Part shown: positions 58,691 to 64,000 of the stretch, piece after piece
Layout: every line of letters begins with the position of its first letter
Numbering within the stretch: position 1 is the stretch's first letter
Assembly (NCBI GenBank): GCA_902560315.1
Contig: CACELG010000004.1
Span: 8,038-72,037, forward strand
DNA: 64,000 nt
Reading direction: 5' to 3'
Origin: an uncultured SAR86 cluster bacterium
GTDB lineage: Bacteria > Pseudomonadota > Gammaproteobacteria > Magnimaribacterales > D2472
Position numbers and translations under genes: made by a program
Notes under the pieces: model-generated
What the model was told of the DNA's origin: nothing
Databases searched by the model: none
Seen by the model: the letters and a program-made list of their open reading frames with translations, nothing else

Positions 58691-59689
58691 ATGAGCTCAT
58701 CAGTAAAAGTTGTAGTTACAGGAGCAGCTGGTCAAATTGCATATTCATTAATTCCAAGACTGGTAGATGGGAAAACATTCGGGAATAAGATAGTTGATTT
58801 GTCATTGGTTGAAATTCCTCAAGTTGTAAGCAAACTTGAGGGACTAGTAATGGAATTAGAAGATTCATACTTTCCAAATATGGGGGACGTTTCTTATACA
58901 GATAACTTTGAAGAAGCATCAAAAGATGCGGACTGGTTTCTCCTAGTTGGAAGCATACCAAGAGGAATAGTTTACAACGGTAAAAAAATAGAAGAAAGAT
59001 CAGATCTTTTGAGTATTAATGGTGGAATTTTTGTTGATCAGGGTAAAGCAATTGGCGCTTATGGAAAAGAGAATGCAAAAATACTTGTGGTTGGAAATCC
59101 TGCTAATACAAATGCTTTAATTGGAAAAGATGCTGCAAATAATAACTCTCAAACTTGGTTGGCAATGACTATGCTAGATTCAAATAGGGCAAAATCAGTT
59201 ATTGCAAAGAAAACAAATAATAATATTTCAGATGTCTCTAATATGATTATTTGGGGTAATCATAGTCCAACAATGTATCCAGATGCAGAAAATGTAGTTA
59301 TCAACGGTGAACTAGGAAGTTCTATAATCAATGATATGGAATGGATAGAGTCTGATTTCATTCCAACTGTTCAACAACGAGGTAAGGCAGTGATAGATGC
59401 AAGGGGCGCATCTTCAGCCACTTCTGCTGCCAAAGCAGCTATTGATACGGTAATTGCCTGTGAAAGTCCTACAACATCTGGGGAATGTTTTAGCGCAGCA
59501 ATTGCAAGTGATGGCTCATATGATGTCCCAGAAGGCCTCATTTGTGGTTATCCTCTAATAACTTTAGATGATGGTACTATTGAAATCAAAAGAGATGTAT
59601 CTCTTTCAGACTTTGCAAAGTCAAAATTCAAAATATCAATAGATGAGTTAATCTCTGAAAGAGAGGCTGTAAAACATCTAATGAAATGA
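58691..59689 (+). CDS. mdh: Malate dehydrogenase (type 2)
   Basis: VTGAAGQIAYS, ERSDLL..NG.IF, VVGNPANTNA, WGNHSPTMYPD, QQRG..VI.ARGASSA.SAA. Confidence 0.95.
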   Translation: MSSSVKVVVTGAAGQIAYSLIPRLVDGKTFGNKIVDLSLVEIPQVVSKLEGLVMELEDSYFPNMGDVSYTDNFEEASKDADWFLLVGSIPRGIVYNGKKIEERSDLLSINGGIFVDQGKAIGAYGKENAKILVVGNPANTNALIGKDAANNNSQTWLAMTMLDSNRAKSVIAKKTNNNISDVSNMIIWGNHSPTMYPDAENVVINGELGSSIINDMEWIESDFIPTVQQRGKAVIDARGASSATSAAKAAIDTVIACESPTTSGECFSAAIASDGSYDVPEGLICGYPLITLDDGTIEIKRDVSLSDFAKSKFKISIDELISEREAVKHLMK

Positions 59690-60147
59690 TAAAAAAAGAA
59701 AAAATTCTCTTAAGTTATATAGCAAATATTATTGATGACGAAAAACCACGTCATATTTTTATTCAAACAAAACTAGATATATCAAAACTTTTAAAGAGAA
59801 TTGAAAAATTAAATATTGAAACTTTATCAATTGGTCCTGATACCAAAAATATATCAACTGAAAATTTTGATTTGTTTATAATCTTAGATGATGTGGAATT
59901 CTCAGAAGCTGACATAGGCACTGTAAAAAATCTTATCAGTCAAAAAATTGTAATTTTTACTGATTTTATAAACGATAAAATAACAGACGAAACTATGTTA
60001 AAGCTAGGTCTTCAAACTGAATTAAGAGATAAAACTAATAAGCTAAAATGCTATTCCTATAATTTAAAGACATATAACAACAAAAGAGCTTGGAATAATC
60101 CTAAAGGTTGGGCCAATCCAGAAAATTTTGATAAATTTAGATGGTGA
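59686..60147 (+). CDS. DUF6231 family protein
   Basis: C-terminal YSYNL.TYN.KR.WNNPK.WANPENFDKFRW. Confidence 0.8.
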   Translation: MIKKEKILLSYIANIIDDEKPRHIFIQTKLDISKLLKRIEKLNIETLSIGPDTKNISTENFDLFIILDDVEFSEADIGTVKNLISQKIVIFTDFINDKITDETMLKLGLQTELRDKTNKLKCYSYNLKTYNNKRAWNNPKGWANPENFDKFRW

Positions 60148-60153
60148 TTTTTT

Positions 60154-61644
60154 CTAAGACTTTAATTGCGGAAATAATAAAACATCTCTTATTGATGATT
60201 GATTAGTTAATAACATAACTAACCTATCTACTCCCATACCAACACCTACAGCTGGAGGCATGCCATGCTCCAATGCAGTTATGTAATCATGATCATAATC
60301 CATTGCCTCTTTATCGCCAGAATCTTTGGCAGCAACCTGATCTTCAAATCTTGAGGCTTGATCATCAGGATCATTAAGTTCACAAAATCCGTTAGCAAAT
60401 TCTTTTCCACCTATAAATAGCTCAAATCTATCAGCATAGTCAGGATTTTCTGTATTTCTTCTTGATAAAGGTGAAACTTCAACTGGATACTCCGTAACAA
60501 AAGTAGGATCTATAAGTTTATCCTCAACAGTTTCTTCAAAAACTTCAAGGATCATTCTCCCAATCCCCCAGCTTTTTTCAATTTTAATTTTTTTATTTTT
60601 TAGAAATTCTTCTATTTTCTTTTTATTATTTAAATCCTCTCTAGATATATCTTTGTTATGCTCTATAACTAATTCTGATAATGTAGCTTGTTTAAAATTA
60701 CTTAGATTGATCTTTGAATCGCCCCACTCAATTTTTGAATCACACTCAGCAGCTTTAGAAGCACTTAAGATGATATCTTTAGTTAAGTCCATTTGATCTT
60801 GCATGCTTGCATATGCTTCATACCACTCCATCATGGTAAATTCAGGATTATGTTTAGTTGATAAACCTTCGTTTCTGAAACTTCTATTAATCTCAAAAAC
60901 CTTTTCAAATCCTCCTACCAGAAGTCTTTTTAAATAAAGCTCTGGAGCTATTCTTAGGTAAAGATCTTGGCCTAAAGCATTGTGTTGAGTTATAAACGGT
61001 CTTGCCACTGCGCCTCCAGCCAATGGATGCATCATTGGGGTTTCAACCTCAAGATAACCACGCTCATTCATTTTTGTTCTCATGGAATCAATAATTTTTG
61101 TTCTTTTAATAAAAATTTCTTTTGTATCAGTATTGGTCATAAGATCAAGATATCTTTGTCTATATCTTGCTTCGATATCAGTTAATCCTTTGAATTTTTC
61201 AGGCATAGGTCTTAATGATTTTGTAATCATCTCTAAATCCCAAACATCTATTGTCAATTCATCAGTTTTAGTTCTAAAAATGGTCCCTGAAACTCCAACA
61301 ATATCTCCAAGATCCCAGGTTTTAAAATCCTCATATACACTTTCTTCTACATTGTTTTTGGTAACATATATTTGAATATCGCCAGAAGAATCTCTTAAAG
61401 TTGCAAAGCTCGCATTGCCCATTACCCTTTTTAAAACAATACGGCCAGCAACTGAAATATCTTTTATTTTTTTCTCAACCAGCTCCTCTTTAGAAAATTC
61501 ATCATACTTCTCATGAAGATCTTTAGCATTATTCTCAGGTTTAAAAGAATTACCATAAGCGTTACCCTTATCTCTTAGCTGCTCTAGTTTTTTTCTTCTT
61601 TCTTCAATTAGTGCTTTTTCGCCACTTAAATTATCTTTATCCAT
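60154..61644 (-). CDS. lysS: Lysine--tRNA ligase (class II)
   Basis: YRQRYLDL, LYLRIAPELYLKRL, FRNEG.ST.HNPEFT, GMPPAVGVGMGVDRL. Confidence 0.98.
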   Translation of the reverse strand: MDKDNLSGEKALIEERRKKLEQLRDKGNAYGNSFKPENNAKDLHEKYDEFSKEELVEKKIKDISVAGRIVLKRVMGNASFATLRDSSGDIQIYVTKNNVEESVYEDFKTWDLGDIVGVSGTIFRTKTDELTIDVWDLEMITKSLRPMPEKFKGLTDIEARYRQRYLDLMTNTDTKEIFIKRTKIIDSMRTKMNERGYLEVETPMMHPLAGGAVARPFITQHNALGQDLYLRIAPELYLKRLLVGGFEKVFEINRSFRNEGLSTKHNPEFTMMEWYEAYASMQDQMDLTKDIILSASKAAECDSKIEWGDSKINLSNFKQATLSELVIEHNKDISREDLNNKKKIEEFLKNKKIKIEKSWGIGRMILEVFEETVEDKLIDPTFVTEYPVEVSPLSRRNTENPDYADRFELFIGGKEFANGFCELNDPDDQASRFEDQVAAKDSGDKEAMDYDHDYITALEHGMPPAVGVGMGVDRLVMLLTNQSSIRDVLLFPQLKS

Positions 61645-62742
61645 TTATACGCCTGCTTTTAATGATGATTTCATAAAATCATCTAAGTCTCCATTTAAAA
61701 CTGCTGTTGTATTACCTGTTTCATAATTAGTTCTTAAATCTTTAATTCTCGACTGATCCAATACATAAGATCTAATTTGACTTCCCCATCCTATATCAGA
61801 CTTACTATCCTCAAGAATTTGTTGTTCTTCATACTGTTTTTGTAATTCTAACTCGTAAAGCTTAGATTTTAATTGTTTTAATGCATTTTCTTTATTTTTA
61901 TGTTGTGATCTATCGCTTTGTGATTGAGCCACAACACCTGATGGGATATGGGTCAGTCTAACGGCAGAATCTGTTTTATTAACATGTTGGCCTCCAGCCC
62001 CTGAAGCTCTATATGTGTCTGTTCTTATATCAGCCTTATTAATATTTATTTCAATTGATTCATCAATCTCAGGTGATATAAAAACAGATGCAAACGAAGT
62101 ATGTCTTCTATTACCAGAATCGAAAGGAGATTTTCTTACCAATCTATGTATACCTGTTTCAGTCCTTAACCATCCGTAGGCATGGTCTCCATCTACGTGC
62201 AATGATGCTGATTTTATACCTGCAACATCACCATGAGATATTTCTACTAATTCTGAGGAGAAGCCTCTATTCTCAGACCACTTAGTGTACATACGTAATA
62301 ACATTTCTGCCCAATCTTGTGCTTCAGTTCCGCCTGAGCCAGACTGAATTTCTATATATGCTGATGAAGAATCCATTTTGTTTGTAAACATTCTGCTAAA
62401 TTCAAGTTCTTCAATAGATGATGTTATATCTTTAACTTCATTAAAGATTTCTTCTAAAGAAGAGTCATCACTCTCTTCAATAGAAACATCTAATAGGACT
62501 ATTGAGTCAGATAATTTATCAGAAACTTCATTAAAAGAACTCAGTGCCTTTTCAATACTAGTTTTTTCCTTGCTAAGTTTTTGAGAAAGTTCTAAATCTG
62601 ACCAGACCTTTTCTTCAGAAAGATCACTTTCAATTTGATTTAGTCTATCTTTTTTAGAATCAACTAAAATAACGTTATCCTTAATATCTTTTAATCTAAT
62701 TTCCAAATCAGATAAATTTGATTTTAGTTCATTAATATCCAT
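61645..62742 (-). CDS. prfB: Peptide chain release factor 2, encoded without a programmed frameshift
   Basis: Continuous 365-aa ORF; SGSGGTEAQDWA, HRLVRKSPF (SPF motif), GAGGQHVNKTDSAVR. Confidence 0.97.
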   Translation of the reverse strand: MDINELKSNLSDLEIRLKDIKDNVILVDSKKDRLNQIESDLSEEKVWSDLELSQKLSKEKTSIEKALSSFNEVSDKLSDSIVLLDVSIEESDDSSLEEIFNEVKDITSSIEELEFSRMFTNKMDSSSAYIEIQSGSGGTEAQDWAEMLLRMYTKWSENRGFSSELVEISHGDVAGIKSASLHVDGDHAYGWLRTETGIHRLVRKSPFDSGNRRHTSFASVFISPEIDESIEININKADIRTDTYRASGAGGQHVNKTDSAVRLTHIPSGVVAQSQSDRSQHKNKENALKQLKSKLYELELQKQYEEQQILEDSKSDIGWGSQIRSYVLDQSRIKDLRTNYETGNTTAVLNGDLDDFMKSSLKAGV

Positions 62743-62744
62743 GT

Positions 62745-64000
62745 TTAATTATTTTCTTTAATATAATTAAAAATTGAATCATCTGAGGCAGTCAACTGGA
62801 CAGCAACTTCTTTTTTTGAAATGACCTCTTTTAAATTATTTGGAATTTCATTAATGCTTATACCAGCTTTTTTTAACGCGTCAGGAAATTTTGCTGGATG
62901 AGCTGTTGAGAGAATGACAGTTTGATTTTTTAATTTATCTTTAAGGATATTTATAGCTTTTGCAGCAACAGCAGTATGAGGATCCATCACATAGCCATAT
63001 TTGTTGTTATAAAATTTCATAGCGTCAAAAGTTGAGTCATCATCAATGCTATAGCTCATAAATAAATCTGTTGATTTTTGCCACATTGCATCGTTAATTT
63101 TAATGCCTTGATTTGGAAATTGTTTATATAGATTTGAACAATCTTCGCTATTACGATTTAAGTAAAAATCATATATTAATCTTTCAAAATTACTTGCAAC
63201 ACTTATATCCATACTTGGAGAAGTTGTTTCAGAAACTATTTTCTTTGAATAATCATTATTTTTAAAAAATCGATCTAGGATATCGTTGCTATTAACTGCA
63301 ACTATGATCTTTTCTATAGGCATGCCCATTTTTGAAGCTGCATAACAAGCAAATACGTTTCCAAAATTACCTGTTGGAACTGAAAAATTTAAGGGATTTG
63401 ATAATGCATTTATTTTTAGCGATGCATAAAAATAATAACAAATTTGACCAATTATCCTCACCCAGTTTATAGAATTAACTGCTAAAAGATATTGATCATC
63501 CTTTAGGAAATTTCTTTCTTTAAAACCCTTTTTAACAATATCCTGACAATCATCAAAAGTTCCACTAACTAATACAGGAAAAACATTTGGTTTATTTACA
63601 GTTGTCATTTGTTTTCTTTGTATCTCAGACATATTGCCATCAGGAATTAAAATAAAACTTTTAATTAATTCAAATTCCTTACAGGCATCAATAGCAGCAG
63701 AGCCTGTATCACCAGATGTTGCACCAAAAACAACGGCTGTCTTGTTTTGAGCTTGTAGAGTTTTATTAAAAAAAGCTGCAGCTAACTGTAAACCAAAATC
63801 CTTAAATGCTGCTGTAGGACCATGGAATAATTCTAAAACTTTGGTCGATTCATCAATATCAAAGATCTTAATGAGATCTTTTTGAGAAAAATCATGCCAT
63901 GTATTATTAAGTACCTCCTCAACCTCACTATCCGAGAAAGAGGAATTGGTAAACATTGGTACTATATATTTAGCAACATCTAAAAATGTATCTAATTTTT
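62745..64000 (-). CDS. thrC: Threonine synthase; 5' end runs off the right edge
   Basis: LELFHGPTAAFKDFG (PLP Lys), ATSGDTGSAA, VNSINW.RI, VPTGNFGN, DPHTAV, TAHPAKF. The frame stays open to the window end (KLDTFLDVAKYIVPMF). Confidence 0.95.
   Translation of the reverse strand, partial: KLDTFLDVAKYIVPMFTNSSFSDSEVEEVLNNTWHDFSQKDLIKIFDIDESTKVLELFHGPTAAFKDFGLQLAAAFFNKTLQAQNKTAVVFGATSGDTGSAAIDACKEFELIKSFILIPDGNMSEIQRKQMTTVNKPNVFPVLVSGTFDDCQDIVKKGFKERNFLKDDQYLLAVNSINWVRIIGQICYYFYASLKINALSNPLNFSVPTGNFGNVFACYAASKMGMPIEKIIVAVNSNDILDRFFKNNDYSKKIVSETTSPSMDISVASNFERLIYDFYLNRNSEDCSNLYKQFPNQGIKINDAMWQKSTDLFMSYSIDDDSTFDAMKFYNNKYGYVMDPHTAVAAKAINILKDKLKNQTVILSTAHPAKFPDALKKAGISINEIPNNLKEVISKKEVAVQLTASDDSIFNYIKENN

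Overview
AT-rich, densely packed bacterial chromosome segment with very short intergenic spacers. Gene content and order are gammaproteobacterial (rpoE-rseA-degP-lepA-lepB-rnc-era-recO; queA-tgt-yajC-secD-secF; two-ATP-cone NrdA; prfB-lysS; thrC). The streamlining, TonB receptor and lipid-catabolic genes suggest a marine SAR86-like lineage (inference only). The left ~25 kb is accessory and catabolic: Na+/sugar symporter, IDO-family heme dioxygenase, malate synthase G, TonB receptor with an M64 peptidase lipoprotein, patatin, GMC oxidoreductase, steroid 5-alpha-reductase-like protein, amidase, PhoD. The remainder is mostly housekeeping. There are three tRNAs (Gly-GCC, Glu-TTC, Leu-CAA). I found no CRISPR array, integrase or IS element. 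Best leads: (1) an unannotated ~220-nt multi-hairpin purine-rich sRNA with its own strong promoter and terminator (1352-1573, minus strand); (2) a DnaA-box/IHF/AT-repeat locus between ung and serA that looks like an unlinked oriC or a DARS-type element; (3) an RseA anti-sigma factor apparently fused to the C-terminal domain of RseB; (4) a tRNA-Gly carrying A73 instead of the bacterial U73. All family assignments come from motif recognition by eye; no database searches were run.
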